Positions 29,124 to 45,235 of a stretch of DNA of 64,000 nucleotides are shown here, one piece after another; positions within the stretch are counted from its first letter, which is position 1, and each line of letters opens with the position of its first letter. Made by a program: the position numbers and the translations under genes. The notes below the pieces were generated by a model. It was not told the origin of the DNA. It made no database searches and worked only from the letters and a program-made list of their open reading frames with translations. Location: NCBI GenBank assembly GCA_964016885.1, contig OZ024754.1:43586001-43650000 (forward strand), read 5' to 3'. The DNA comes from Eledone cirrhosa (lineage: Eukaryota).

Positions 29124-29487
29124 GGTTCCATGTAAATTCCACTCTAAAAATTCTTTCCAGAAAATTCTACTCTAAAAATTCTTCGCTCGAAAATTTAACC
29201 CCATAAAAATGTATCCTCGCGAAAATTTCATCCTACAAAAAACACTTCCTTTTAACTTGCTTCATGATTTTGCTCGCCCTAACTCTTACCACTGAGGGCA
29301 TGGGTTGGATTTCCATCATTACCAAATCAATATTATTACCGACAAAAAGATAACCTAGTCACAAAGTTTAAAATGTGAATTTCCTGCAAGTAGCACTTTA
29401 GTTCTTATGGGGTAAAATTTTATTGGGTTAAATTTTCGAGGGTTGAATTTTCACTGGAATTTTCTGGGGAAATTGTTTCTGGTTACC
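29124..29487. mobile_element. Foldback/MITE-like element with repetitive inverted subterminal units
   Basis: Tandem aaaatt-c units on the left mirrored on the right (ctcgaaaatttaaccc / gggttaaattttcgag). Confidence 0.55.
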
Positions 29488-30054
29488 AAGTTTAAATACT
29501 ATATTATTTATACATAACGAAATATTAATGAATATGTTATGCTTGGTTATATATTCTATTAGACATAGCAACCATAGTACCCTCAAATCATATACTGTTA
29601 AATTATAAATTAGAAGAATGCGTTGATTTAAAAAATATATAGTTCAAAGCATAATGAGTATTGGAAGTTTCTAAAACTTAGCCAAAACTACTGAATTCTC
29701 TTCATAATGTTATCAAGATTTGCATCTCATTCCGACCAAAATGTTATCAAAGATATTTGAAGGAAGATAGGTTTTTTCAGAAAGATATGTATTTCAAAAC
29801 GTTACCATAAAATGTTAGTTTAGGTTTCACACAGGGAAATTCTCCAGGGTCGGGCTGATAAACAAATACAGATTTATCAAGATTTATTGTGTGGGCTTAA
29901 CATGTTACATGCCAAGGAAATTATATACATGATAGTTTGGAGATCTTTTTCATCATGTGTGACAATATCATAGCCATCCAAGAGATCTTATTTTTTTGTC
30001 ATGGATATAAAAGTGTGATTTAGAGGTCAGACATTTGTAATGGGATAGTTTAAA

Positions 30055-30440
30055 AGGCGCGAGGCGCGTGGTATGAGGGTAAATGTGTTGGACTTAAGAT
30101 CATAATGTCGTGGGTTCGATTCCTGAACTGGGTTGTGTATTATGTTCTGGATCAAGACACTTCATTTCACATTGCTCCAGCATACTCAGCTGAAAATAAG
30201 TACCAGGAATAGCTGGGAGTTTAACCCTGCGATGGAATGACGTCCTGTTCAGGTGGGGGAGGTCTCTTGTACTCGCTGACGCTTAAGGCCACGAAAACCG
30301 GTACAAGCATCGCCCAGCTGAGCTACCGGGGTCGAGACGAAGAGCTTCCGGGGTCGATACGAAGAGCCTCCGGGGTCCAGACGAAGATCCTCCGGGGTCG
30401 ATACGAAGAGCCCCCGGGCTCGAGACAGACTTTTAGGGTG
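30055..30440 (+). mobile_element. SINE family 2, near full length, with a 22-bp repeat in its tail
   Basis: ggttcgattcc B box, caagacacttcatttcac domain. Confidence 0.75.
30327..30425. repeat. 22-bp GC-rich tandem repeat
   Basis: ccggggtcgatacgaagagcct-like units, 4-5 copies. Confidence 0.85.
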
Positions 30441-30646
30441 TTGCTGTGTAAATAAGGGACTTCACAGTTAAATTTCCATACCTCAATAAATGTAATGAAA
30501 ATTTAACACCATCTATGTTATTAATACTTCCATTACACATGGCTTAGTACAACCCCAACATACATACTGGAGATACCTTGAGTGCTTACCTTGGTAAACC
30601 TACAGTAACTTGACGTTACAATCCTTAAACTATATATATATATATA

Positions 30647-30823
30647 TAGGAACCAGTAAGACCCCGACAGCTGAGCTCAAGCCGTTTCGACGGCTAATTC
30701 CGTCGAAACGGCTTGAGCTCAGCTGTCGGGGTCTTAGTGGTTCCTATTACCCACTCTACTACCTCAAGTATTGAGTACTTTGGTGCTTTATGGTCCACCT
30801 GGTTCCTTACCACATTTCCTTCG

Positions 30824-30869
<46 letters not shown>

Positions 30870-31015
30870 CAAAAGGGTCAGAACCCCGACAGTTTCGATA
30901 GCTAGATCCGAACAGTTGGGGTCCTGACTCTTTTCTTATTACCCACTCTACTACTCCAAGTATTGAGTACTCTGGTGGGTTATGGTCCACCTGGTTCCTT
31001 ACCACACCTCCTTCG

Positions 31016-31017
<2 letters not shown>
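30647..31017 (+). mobile_element. Two adjacent family B elements (30647-30825 and 30870-31017) separated by (TA)n
   Basis: Both end ...ccttcgtt(TA)n. Confidence 0.8.
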
Positions 31018-31077
<60 letters not shown>

Positions 31078-31133
31078 GTATATATATATATGAGACAAGA
31101 CTTCCCAGAAATATATTTTCCTATGTATACACT

Positions 31134-31227
<94 letters not shown>

Positions 31228-31407
31228 GCGGTTGCCTTAAGAGACATAGGAATATAAATTTGAAATATGTGCGGCCCAAAGCGAATGAGTATAATGATAG
31301 TCACCACTATAAATAATAGTTGATAAAGTACTCCTGGGGACGGGAAATAGGGGACAGTGGCGCCTGCAAGTAATAATACAAACACACACACACATATATA
31401 CACCCAT

Positions 31408-31454
<47 letters not shown>

Positions 31455-32166
31455 AATACATAGGTACATAGAGGCACACATCTCTACATACATACTTACA
31501 CACATACATACACACATACATGTACACATGCCCGCACCTACATACATATACACACACATGTACACATGCCCGCACCTACATACATATACACACACACACA
31601 CACACACACATACCTATATATACACACACAGGTACAGAGGCGATCATCTCATATTCCATTTTATTCTCCAACCCTTCACTGGCCACCCCTCCCACCACTA
31701 CCACCTCTCCCACCGCTCTCACTGACACCCCTCCTACCACTCCCACCACTACCACCTCTCCCACCACTCTCACTCCCACCACTACCACCAGTCCCACCAT
31801 TCCTCCACCGACTTATTACATACATTCAAGTCACCTCCACAATTTCTCCTCACCCCTACCCACTAACACCTCCCTTGCACACACACACACACTCACACAC
31901 ACACATACACACACACACTCACACACACACACACACACATACACACACATACACACTCACACACACACACATACACACACACTCACACACACACACACAT
32001 ACACACACATACACACTCACACACACACACACACACACACTTACACACTCACACACATATACACTTACACACTCACACACACACATACACCCACTCACAC
32101 ATACACACTCACACACACATACACACACACACACACATACACCCACTCACACACACACACACACAC

Positions 32167-32207
<41 letters not shown>

Positions 32208-32897
32208 CACAGGTAGGTAGACGTAGGTACGCCCTCACACACAGTCAACTGCAATAAATCTGGACTGTCATCTCCCTCTATAGAACCTGTGTGTACCTGA
32301 TCAGCAGTTTATTTCTAAAGGTGTCAAGCAGGAGATAACCGTAGTAAAAGACAGGAGACAAAGCTTTTATATACATACATATATACATGCATACATATGC
32401 ACACACATACACATACATACACACATATATACATACTTATATACATATATATATATATATATATACATATATACATGCATACAAACATATATAGACTTAT
32501 ATACATAGACTTATATATATGTGTATATATATATATATATATATACACATGCATACATATGCACACACATACACATACATACACACATATATACATACTT
32601 ATATACATATATACATATATACAGACATATATATATATATATATACATATATACATCCATACAAACATATATACATACACACATACATACATACATACAT
32701 ACATACATACATACATACATACATACATACATACATACATACATACATACATACAGACAGACAGAGCTCTATACGAGAGTAGGCTGAAAACTCCATAGGC
32801 TAACCAAGATACTCTCATGGAATGACCAAATGAGGTTTATTTTTCAACATAGACCCTGGAAAGAATCAGTGCAATTATTAATAAAAAGAATTGAAAT

Positions 32898-33085
32898 TAA
32901 TTGTTTCTACTTTTGGCACAAGGCCAGCAAATTACCCAGTGTATTACTGGTACTTTATTTTATCGACCCCGTAAGGATAAAAGGCAAAGTTAACCTCGGT
33001 GGGATTTAAACTCAGACCATAAGGGGCCGTAACTCTTTGCTGCAAAGCATGGCGTCCGATCCTCTACCGATACTGCCAATCCACC
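32898..33085 (-). mobile_element. SINE family 1, near full length
   Basis: Family consensus match including tRNA-like head. Confidence 0.8.
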
Positions 33086-33240
33086 TTTAATGCATGCAAG
33101 ATTTCACAGCTCATGCATGAATCCTGCAGAGTCAGCTTTATAGTTTCTACCTAAATTTTAATAATATCAACCTCTGACTCTTTAAAAAAACTTATTTCTT
33201 ACTAGCTTATTCACTTTTTGTAAGTTATACTATTTTCTAT

Positions 33241-33313
33241 TGCTCTGACGATTTACTTTCCAGAAGTGAACGGTCTTTCATTCCTTGTTTGATTAGTGAA
33301 ACGTGCGTAAGTT
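33241..33313 (+). ncRNA. Hammerhead-like motif
   Basis: CTGACGA (33245)...agt-GAAA-CGTGCG-TA-ag. Confidence 0.5.
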
Positions 33314-33506
33314 GATTGAAATGATTTAATACACTAATCTTCCATGCTTCGTCCATGTGTTAGATATATATATACATCCGTATAAGATACATAACTGCAA
33401 GTATATTCATATTTACATCTTTATATATACATCCATGATATGACTGCAAGTATGTCCATATATACACCTTCATATAAACATACATGACTGCAAGTAAACG
33501 CACACC

Positions 33507-33575
<69 letters not shown>

Positions 33576-33787
33576 ACCTACATACACACACACCTACATA
33601 CATACACTCACACCTACATACATACACACATACCGACAAACATTCATACACACACCAACATACATACATACACACACACCAACATACATACATACACACA
33701 CCGACATACATACATACACATATACCTACATACATATATACACACACACACCTACATACATATATACACACACACCGACATACATAC

Positions 33788-33831
<44 letters not shown>

Positions 33832-34065
33832 ACACACACATACACACACACACACACATACACATACACACACACACATATATACACAGGTAGGTAGACG
33901 TAGGTACGCCCTCACACACAGTCAACTGCAATAAATCTGGACTGTCATCTCCCTCTATAGAACCTGTGTGTACCTGATCAGCAGTTTATTTCTAAAGGTG
34001 TCAAGCAGGAGATAACCGTAGTAAAAGACAGGAGACAAAGCTTTTATATACATACATATATACAT

Positions 34066-34120
<55 letters not shown>

Positions 34121-34128
34121 CGTATATA

Positions 34129-34197
<69 letters not shown>

Positions 34198-34484
34198 GTA
34201 TGTATGTATAACTTATATGTCGAAAAAGTAATTTTCCCTCTTCATAGTTTTGTGTACACAGATAGATACATTACGAAACACACAAAGAGTTACTTTAGCT
34301 GAAAACCTTCCAGGGGTGTATTGGGGGTAGGTCTGGTATTATATATACGTACATACACACACCTATACTTAATCCTAAACATGCTTTGTTGTATTTGGTA
34401 GTTTTTCTTTTTAACTCTATGTCTACCACTCCTACAGGAGGTTATAACACGTTGCGACTGACACTGAATTAGACCCTGTTATTT

Positions 34485-34522
34485 CACTCTGAAGAAGAGG
34501 TTTTGATCTCGAAATATAAGGA
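34485..34522 (+). ncRNA. Minimal hammerhead-like motif
   Basis: CTGAAGA-a-gag gttttgat ctc-GAAA-TATA-ag, inside an insert bounded by (TA)n. Confidence 0.5.
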
Positions 34523-34655
34523 CATATAGATATTAAATATATTAAGGTAAACAAAATAACATGTTGTTTCGTCTGATTTCATCCATTGTTGGGGCTTTCA
34601 AGCTTCACATTTTATATACAATGCATGATGCTTTAAGTAAACTATAAATTCCCCC

Positions 34656-34687
<32 letters not shown>

Positions 34688-34761
34688 CATTTATATATAT
34701 ATATATATATATAGATATATATATACATTTATATATATATATATAGATATATATATACATT

Positions 34762-34801
<40 letters not shown>

Positions 34802-35001
34802 CACATATATACACACACACGCATATATATATATATATCTGTGTGTGTATATTTTATATATGTATATGTATATGTATGTATATGTATGTATATGTATATA
34901 TATTTATATATATATATGCATATATATATATTAATACATATATATATATATACATTTATACATTTATACATATATATATATACACACGCAACCACACACA
35001 A

Positions 35002-35040
<39 letters not shown>

Positions 35041-35445
35041 AGTATGTATATATGTATGTATGTTTGTATGTATGAATTAATATGTATATTTACATACGAA
35101 TTAAATTTTTAACATAAAGTGTTTGCCATATGTTGGCAGATGGTGCCATATTTCAAAAAATATTCATATATTCATCAATACTAAAACTTTCTCAACAAGA
35201 GTGGTTACCCTTGCTTACAAATTTTTATATTTGCAGATGTTATGGCAGACAGCAACATATTAGTTGTCCATTCACAGCGTTATATATAAATGATAATATG
35301 AAGACTTTTCTACTAGATCTTTTCGACAACTAATCAAATCTCGTTCAACTGGTAACTTATCATATCTCGATGCGGCTTCATATATATATGTGTGTATATA
35401 TATATGTGTATATATATATATATATATATACACATATATATATAT

Positions 35446-35491
<46 letters not shown>

Positions 35492-35703
35492 TTCTTATTT
35501 AATATTGTGGTACGACTACCATTTATTTACTCTTTTGAACAATTAGAAAAATGTAACTTTAACTTTAAGGTTACAATTCAGAAAACATTATTTGAAGTAT
35601 ATATCTATGTGTGTATGTATGTGTGCGTATGTATGTTCGTGTATGTGTGCGTGCGTGTGTGTGTGTGTATATGTGTGTGTGTGTATATGTGTGTGTTTAT
35701 GCG

Positions 35704-35734
<31 letters not shown>

Positions 35735-35834
35735 CGTGAACCCAGTATAACTGTGTACAATTGCCTGGTGTGTTTTGTTCGTTCATTTTCAACTATATAT
35801 ATATATATATATATATACATATTCACATATACAT

Positions 35835-35890
<56 letters not shown>

Positions 35891-35961
35891 AATGTGTGTA
35901 TGCATGCATATATGTGTGTATGTATACATATGAATATATGTATGTACGTACATATCTATAG

Positions 35962-36047
<86 letters not shown>

Positions 36048-36179
36048 ATACTTTTGGAGGGTCATGTTGCCAATAAGAAACACACGCACCAGTTGCTTTC
36101 ACCAGATGATTGTTTACAAAAACAAGATGGCGTAGGACAGAACAAAGGAGAGACACAAAAACAAAGAAAAGAATCCCCA

Positions 36180-36222
36180 GTCACTGAAGAGGTCACAGAA
36201 TGTGTGACGAAAGAACTTTGAC
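36180..36222 (+). ncRNA. Minimal type I hammerhead ribozyme
   Basis: gtca-CTGAAGA-g-gtcaca gaatg tgtgac-GAAA-GAAC-TT-tgac; 6-bp stem II, 4-bp stem I. Confidence 0.7.
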
Positions 36223-36327
36223 AATATATAAACAATCATCTGCTTGTTAAAGTATAACAATATATAACAATATCGGTTTCAACACACGTTTTCAGATAAA
36301 GAATCTTGCTAAACAAATTCAGAAACG

Positions 36328-36391
<64 letters not shown>

Positions 36392-36622
36392 AAGCAAGCC
36401 TCCCAAACAGGACCATTAAGCATTATCACATGTACGGCCCCCGAAACACTGATATCAAAAGCTTCAAAGTGTTTACCAGTAAAATATTTGGTAAAAGCGA
36501 CAGAAAGTCTTTAACAACGATATGGCTATAGTAATTGGTGTTACTTCTGAGGAAAACATTGCTTTTGAACATGGTTCATTATCAGAGCTATTAGACTATT
36601 ACTGGTCTGTGTATGTGTGTGT

Positions 36623-36677
<55 letters not shown>

Positions 36678-36807
36678 CGTGTGTGTGTGTGTGCTTATAT
36701 ATATGTGAGTGTATTTGTATGACGCTTGCATTGATGAATAAAACAAACATATATATATATATATATATAGACATATATATATATATGTAACATACAATAT
36801 ATATATG

Positions 36808-36856
<49 letters not shown>

Positions 36857-36885
36857 CATGTATATATATATATATATATATACAT

Positions 36886-37005
<120 letters not shown>

Positions 37006-37026
37006 CATATATATATTGTATGTTAC

Positions 37027-37059
<33 letters not shown>

Positions 37060-37119
37060 TATATACCTGTATATATGTGTATATGTATATATATATATAA
37101 AGATCAATGTGATCGGATT

Positions 37120-37240
37120 GCCAAAACGATGTCCGCCAGTGGATGTGGGCGGAGTCAAAATAACGACGCTGGTCACATGACGTCATTAGACACGGTGAGT
37201 TACGGGACCTCATATATAACAACATCCTGTGGAGATGGAG
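37120..37240. promoter_or_regulatory. CpG-rich promoter-like island
   Basis: GC box gggcggag (37147), E-box ggtcacatgac (37171) overlapping CRE tgacgtca (37178), donor-like CG|GTGAGT (37195), tatataa (~37213). Confidence 0.5.
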
Positions 37241-38096
37241 CTTTAGGTCCGGGGGGGGGGGGGGGTAGTGAGGGTGGTGAGGGTGATGGTAGTGGTGGTG
37301 TTGTTGGTGGTGGTGGTGGTGTTGGTGGTAGTGATGGTGTTGGTGGTAGTGATGGTGTTGGTGGTGCTTGTGTTGAGAATGGTATTGGTATTGGTGGTGG
37401 TGGTGGTGGTGGTGGTGATGGCTATTGTGGTGGTGGTGGGGTGGTAATGGTTGTGGTGGTGGTGGGGTGGTGATGGTTGTGTGGTGGTGGTGGGGTGGTG
37501 ATGGGTTGTGTAAGTAACATCGGTGGCTGAGTTGCTTTCTCAGACTTGTATATTTAATCTCAGATCATCTCAGGCTCCACATAACTAGTGGCTCAAACAG
37601 TGAGACACGGTGGTTTGGTGATGGTTATGATGATGGTTATGATGATGATGATGATGGTTATGATGATGATGATGGTGATGGTGATGGTGATGATGATGAT
37701 GATGGTGATGGTGATGATAATGATGGTGGTGGTGGTGATGGTGATGGTGGTAGTGGTGGTGATGATGTTGATGGTGTTGGTGGAGGTGATGGTGGTTGTG
37801 GTGGTGTGGTGGTGGTGGTGGAGGTGATGGTGGTTGTGGTGGTGTGGTGGTGGAGGTGATGGTGGTGGTGGTGATGATGATGGTGGTGGTGCTGATAGTG
37901 GAGGTGATGGTGGTGATGATGATGGTGGTGGTGGTGGTGATGGTGGTGGTGGTGTTGATGGTGGTGGTGATGTTTGTCAGTGGCGGAAATGTTTTCCTCT
38001 CCTCATTGACTCATACACACCAAGATGGAGGTGTGTTTAACAACCGGATGTAGAATCAAGATATGTGAGAAGAAGATGTCACTGCTGTTGTTGTTG

Positions 38097-38140
<44 letters not shown>

Positions 38141-38264
38141 ATGAATGCAAGATGCACTACTCCATCCCCAACACATATAATATCTCTATTACCCTATGCT
38201 TCTCTCTCTCTATATATATATCTATCTATCTATCTCACTATCTCTCTCTCTCACTCTCTCTCTC

Positions 38265-38295
<31 letters not shown>

Positions 38296-38842
38296 CTATA
38301 TCTCTCTCCCTCTATCTCTCTCTATCTATCTATCTATATCTCTGTATCTCTCCCCCTCTATCTCTCTCTATCTCGTTCTTTCCTTTTTCTTTCTTCTCTT
38401 CTATTTTCACGAGCTTTCTTTCTCTTTCTCTCTTCCTTCTTCCGCTCGTTCTTTTTTTCTTTCTCTCTCCCTTGCACCAACTGCCCAACCACCAAACACC
38501 AACTATACTCCACCCAGCTCCTCTCTATATCGTGTACACTACACACAGCTTATGTTACCAATTGACATTCGATATCCGTCAACGTAATGTATACGGTAAT
38601 AACGATAACGACTATATCAAACTATCACTCACCCAAGCTAGACTGCTATTTTCCAACCTCAGGGTCAGTTGGCCGACATGTTAACTTGTCTTTCTCTCCC
38701 CTTCCCTTTACACCATCTTTCCCGGCATTCATCATACTTCATTATCTTAGAAACTTTGCCGATATCTTTAAAACACCCTCCGCATCCACACAATAATTTC
38801 GAATCATACGGACTATGAAAGCTGAACCCCAGTGCTGGAGTG

Positions 38843-39035
<193 letters not shown>

Positions 39036-39145
39036 CAAGAAAGAAGAGTGACATGGTTCGCTATACAATAAGGGCTTTATTCACCTTGAGGACAATTGAT
39101 ATATATATATATATATATAAATATATACATATATATATTTATATA

Positions 39146-39205
<60 letters not shown>

Positions 39206-39304
39206 GGTATATATATATATATATATATATATACGGTATATATATATATACATATATATAAATATATACATATATATAAATATATACATATATATATTTA
39301 TATA

Positions 39305-39460
<156 letters not shown>

Positions 39461-39520
39461 TATATATCTATACAGTATATAAATATATATATATACAGTA
39501 TATATATTTATATATATACA

Positions 39521-39660
<140 letters not shown>

Positions 39661-39709
39661 TGTATATATATATATATATATATATATACTGTATATATAT
39701 ATATATATA

Positions 39710-39867
39710 TAGGAACGAGTAGGACCCCGACGGCTGAGCTCAAGCCGTTTCGACGGCTAATTCTGGACTGAATTAGCCGTCGAGACGGCTTGAGCTCAGC
39801 CGTCGGGGTCCTACTCGTTCCTATTTTCCACTCTACTACCCTAAGTATTGAGTACTTTGGTGCGTTA
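39710..39867 (+). mobile_element. Family B fold-back element, 3' truncated
   Basis: Homologous to 22307-22517. Confidence 0.8.
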
Positions 39868-39938
<71 letters not shown>

Positions 39939-39954
39939 TATATATATATATACA

Positions 39955-40006
<52 letters not shown>

Positions 40007-41074
40007 TATATATATATATATATCCGAACTACCAACATCACCAGCAACACAAACATCATCAGGAGCAACATAACCACCAACACCACCAGTTGTCACCCCA
40101 CCCACCCTGGACCACCACAACAACTGACATCATTACAACCACTAATGATACATATTACAGTTGTCATACACTGCTACCCCCACCCCTCAGCCGCCATCTC
40201 TACCATGTCACCTCAACTACATCCCCCTCTACCACACCTCTCATCTCTACCACCACTACATTTACAACTACCCCACCTCCATCATTACCAGCTCCGACAC
40301 CACCACCACCAACACCACCACCACCAACACCACCACCACCAACACCACCACCTCCACCAACACCAGCACCACCACCACCACCACCAACACCACCACCTCC
40401 ACCAACACCACCACCTCCAGCACCACCACCACCACCAACACCACCTCCAGCAACACGACCACCTCCAACACCACCACCACCACCTCCAACACCACCACCA
40501 CCTCCAACACCACCACCACCTCCAACACCACCACCTTTACAAATAACCAACCCCATCATTACCACCCCTAACATCCCCAGACCACCACCTCCGTCACCAC
40601 CACCTCCAGCACCACTACCCACACAACTACACCCCCCTCCCCGCTACCACTACCACCTATCTACCTCTCCACCCTCTACATCATAAATACACATCTCCTC
40701 CACCCTCCCCATCATCGCCTCCTCCTCCCTCCCCATCATCACATCCTCCCCCCTCCCTATCATCTCCTCCACCCTCCCCATCATCACATCCTCCCCCTCC
40801 CTATCATCTCCACCCCCCCCCCATCATCACATCCTCCCCCCTCCCCATCATCTACTCCTCCCGCCCCATCATCTCCTCCTCTTCCCCATCATCACATCCT
40901 TCCTCTATCACCATCTCCCCCTCCTCCTCCTCTTCATCACCTCCTCCCTCCCCATCATCACATCCTCCCCCTATCATCATCTCATGATTACTCTCCCTCA
41001 CGCCATTCCATGCCAAGATGGCAACCCGCCTACTACCACCATCACCACTACAACCTCCACCATCACCATGGTAT

Positions 41075-41144
41075 CTCTCTCTGACGACCGATCTAGACGT
41101 CTATATTATTATCGACTGACATCCAGAAACCTTTGGTAATGGAG
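41075..41144 (+). ncRNA. Hammerhead-like motif
   Basis: ctctct-CTGACGA-...-GAAA-CC TTT GG-TA-atggag; imperfect stems I and II. Confidence 0.4.
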
Positions 41145-41238
41145 TAGTTATATTTTGTGTTGTTCACTTTCTAATGAAATAGCTCTGTTCTATACATAGA
41201 GCACTCTTTTCTCCGTTGCTTTTCTTTCGGAATTACCT

Positions 41239-41340
<102 letters not shown>

Positions 41341-41447
41341 GAAGTGGTTACACAACAGTTAGTTCACCATTCCGAGAACAACTGTTTCACCTTAGCGGAT
41401 CCTCAGCTCGTAATGGACATGGTTATACGGCTATATATATATATACA

Positions 41448-41481
<34 letters not shown>

Positions 41482-41554
41482 TAGTGAGAGAAAGAGAAAT
41501 ATATATGTGTGTGTGCGTGTATATATATATATATATAGTGAGAGAGAGAGAGAA

Positions 41555-41602
<48 letters not shown>

Positions 41603-42010
41603 ACATCCACACGGAGACAGCTCCACACTAGTAAAACACAAATTGACACACAGACACACAGACATACAAATACAACACACCCACATATCCACCCACATAT
41701 CCACCCACAAACACACCCACAAACACACCCACATACCCACCCACATACCCACCTACATAGCCACCTACCCTGTTCGGTTTTTTGACCTGTCTGCCGCCGT
41801 TCTTCCTCAACGACCCAATCTATCTGAAGAGACGGGGTTTCATGACCAACGCCATAAGCAATTTATCAACGTCTTCAGTACACTAGACAGCGAAGCTGAC
41901 ATGCAATAGAACGAGCAGAGGTTTGTCAGTTAAGGCAAGTTGAAGTTAATAGCTTGTGGACATATCATTAGAGGTCGGATTATCCTGGTAGCTTTGTAGC
42001 TCGGTTGGTT

Positions 42011-42056
<46 letters not shown>

Positions 42057-42718
42057 TGCGTATGTGTGTATGTGTGTGTGTGTATAAGTCTGTGTGTGTC
42101 TGTATAAGTCTGTGTGTGTGTATAAGTCTCTGTGTGTGCGTGTATAAATTTGTGTCTGTGTGTCTGTGTGTGTGTCTGTGTGTGTGTTTGTATGTATGTG
42201 TGTGTCTATGTGTCCGTGTGTCTGTATGTGTGTGTGTCTGTGTGTCTGTGTGTGTCTGTGTGTGTGTATGTGTGTGTGTATGTGTGTGTGTGTCTACGAG
42301 TGTCCTAAAATGACCGGCAATTATTTAGCTGTTTGTTTATACACACACATAGATGTGTGTGTGTGTGTGTGTGTGAGTTTGTGTATGTGTGTGTGTGTGT
42401 GTATATATGTGTGTGTGTTTATGTGTGTGTCCTAAAATGACCTGCAAGTATTTAGCTGTGTTTGTTTACATATATATATATGTGTGTATGTGTATGTATG
42501 TGTGTGAGGGTGGGTGTGACTTAAAATATTGGGTAAACAATCAGTTTCTCTTTGATGTAATGGTAACGCAGTCCTCCGGCATAAGGCAAATATGAGTTTC
42601 ATACCCACGAGAGATTCTATTCCGTTCTGCTCGTCACTAGGAGGTAATATGTCCGACATCTTCCAATATTCTATTGACAAATCTTTGTTGAAATAACTTA
42701 CAATAAGCTAACACACTT

Positions 42719-42750
<32 letters not shown>

Positions 42751-42755
42751 CGCGC

Positions 42756-42804
<49 letters not shown>

Positions 42805-43124
42805 GGTGTGCGGGTGTGTGTGTACTAGATAAGGACGACCTCTTATCCGTCTTTCTGTCACACATAGGATACCGATGTAAATCGGGAGGCAATTACTGTT
42901 AAAAAAGGTACTCAATACGTTGGTAGAGTATAGGTATATTGGTTTTATTACAGAAAAGACCTCTCTATAATGAAATACATATATAAATATATATATATAT
43001 ATATACTTAGGTTAATAGGAGTTAGGTATTATATACCCGTGTCCCATTAAGGTATTGGCAGCAAAATAATTAGCTCTATGCTTTGGAGCAGAGCCGTATA
43101 TATGAAAAAGAACACAAGAGCGTC

Positions 43125-43196
<72 letters not shown>

Positions 43197-43211
43197 TATA
43201 TATATATATAT

Positions 43212-43270
<59 letters not shown>

Positions 43271-43378
43271 TATATGTATGTATGTAAAAGGTAAACAGAA
43301 ATAACAACACAATCGGTACAGTATATGGAAGGGATTACGCGCGCACATACAGAAACACAGACACACGCATATTTATGT

Positions 43379-43469
<91 letters not shown>

Positions 43470-43545
43470 TATTTATTTGATATATATTTATCCTTATCGA
43501 GCCCTCTTTGGGTTTTAGTCTTCACATTTATTATTATTACTATAT

Positions 43546-43607
<62 letters not shown>

Positions 43608-43937
43608 TTTATATATATATATCATTTATATAGATAGATACATAGATAGATAGATAGATAGATTTCTTTATTTGCCACAGGGGCGTACAAAAATGTGCCA
43701 TTACAAGTCGTGACGGTGGGGGTTATAGAGAGATAGTCAACTTCCTCTCTGTGGTGTTCGATTTTGAAAGTATGTGAATTAATATATTTAGAAGATGGAC
43801 GAAATTAGGGGACATAGATTGTATCTGAAACCCTAAACATCACATCCACTCTCCTCCACAGTTTTCTTATAAGTACATACTTGTAGGAATGTTTGCTTCT
43901 AATTATGTATATATATATATATGTGTGTGTGTGTATG

Positions 43938-43990
<53 letters not shown>

Positions 43991-44073
43991 GTGTGTGTCT
44001 ATACCTACATGCTTAAATTACTTACCTAATCACATAGATGTGTCACACATATGGGCGTGTATTTGCATACATA

Positions 44074-44127
<54 letters not shown>

Positions 44128-44224
44128 TATATACATATATACATATCTACATATATACATATATACATATATACATATACATATATATACATATATACAT
44201 ATATACATATATATACATATATAC

Positions 44225-44329
<105 letters not shown>

Positions 44330-44474
44330 CATATATACACATATATATATATAAATATATATATAGAGAGAGATGGAGAGGGTGGGAGAGAGGACGAAGG
44401 AGTGGGGAAGAAAGAGAAGAAATATGCGGTGTAAAGTATGTATAGTGTCTAATACCGTGAAGGAGAGATGGAGA

Positions 44475-44660
44475 GATGGCCGCCATATTGGTGTATCATT
44501 CATTCATTGGTGCTTAATATTGGCAATGATATTAAACATTCCTGAAAAATCCAATAAACCGATTCTGTTTTGAGCCGACGATGAGCCGAGAGAGGCCGGA
44601 TGTCGCCATTCAGGTGGTCGTTTTTACCGGAAGTGTTCAATCGACTGATAGCGGATAAGG
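44475..44660. promoter_or_regulatory. Promoter/enhancer-like island
   Basis: YY1-type gccgccatattg (44479), ETS-type ccggatgt (44596) and accggaagtg (44626); CpG-rich. Confidence 0.45.
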
Positions 44661-44815
44661 AACGAGATATATTGTATAGAATTTGGTTGCTGATAAATAG
44701 AGGAGATTTTCTAGCCACTTGAAGCTGTCTCGTTTTGATGAACAGACAGCAATGAAGCTGCTTAGCTCGCCATTGTTGTACAAGATGAACATCTATCTAT
44801 CTATCTATCGAAACA

Positions 44816-44850
<35 letters not shown>

Positions 44851-44851
44851 G

Positions 44852-44914
<63 letters not shown>

Positions 44915-45104
44915 ATATATGTGTGTATATACATATATATGTGTGTGTGTATATATATATATATATAGGAGTGTGTATATATATATATACACACCCATTC
45001 GCATACATCCATTCACATGTACAACTACGGATATATATATATACATATATATAAGGGGGGGGGGAGAAGAAGAAAAAGAAGAAAAAAAAGAAGAAAAAGA
45101 AAGC

Positions 45105-45235
45105 CCAGCAATTTTAAGGGAAAGATAATCTCATCTCGGCGAGATTTGAACTAAGAACGTAAAGAGATGTATATAACTCTCTACCACAAAGCATGTTGTC
45201 GGACGCTCTACCGACTCAGCCAATCCACCGCCTCT
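45105..45235 (-). mobile_element. SINE family 1, internally deleted
   Basis: ggcgagatttgaact...gccaatccaccgcc. Confidence 0.7.

Larger units (their letters stand above)
32211..34065. repeat. Direct duplication of ~177 bp (32211-32388 and 33888-34065)
   Basis: Apparently identical unique sequence, each copy preceded by (CA)n. Confidence 0.9.

Noticed and set aside
39790-40686. Proline-rich extensin/formin-like ORF
   Set aside because: (CCA)n-derived low complexity, open in several frames on both strands
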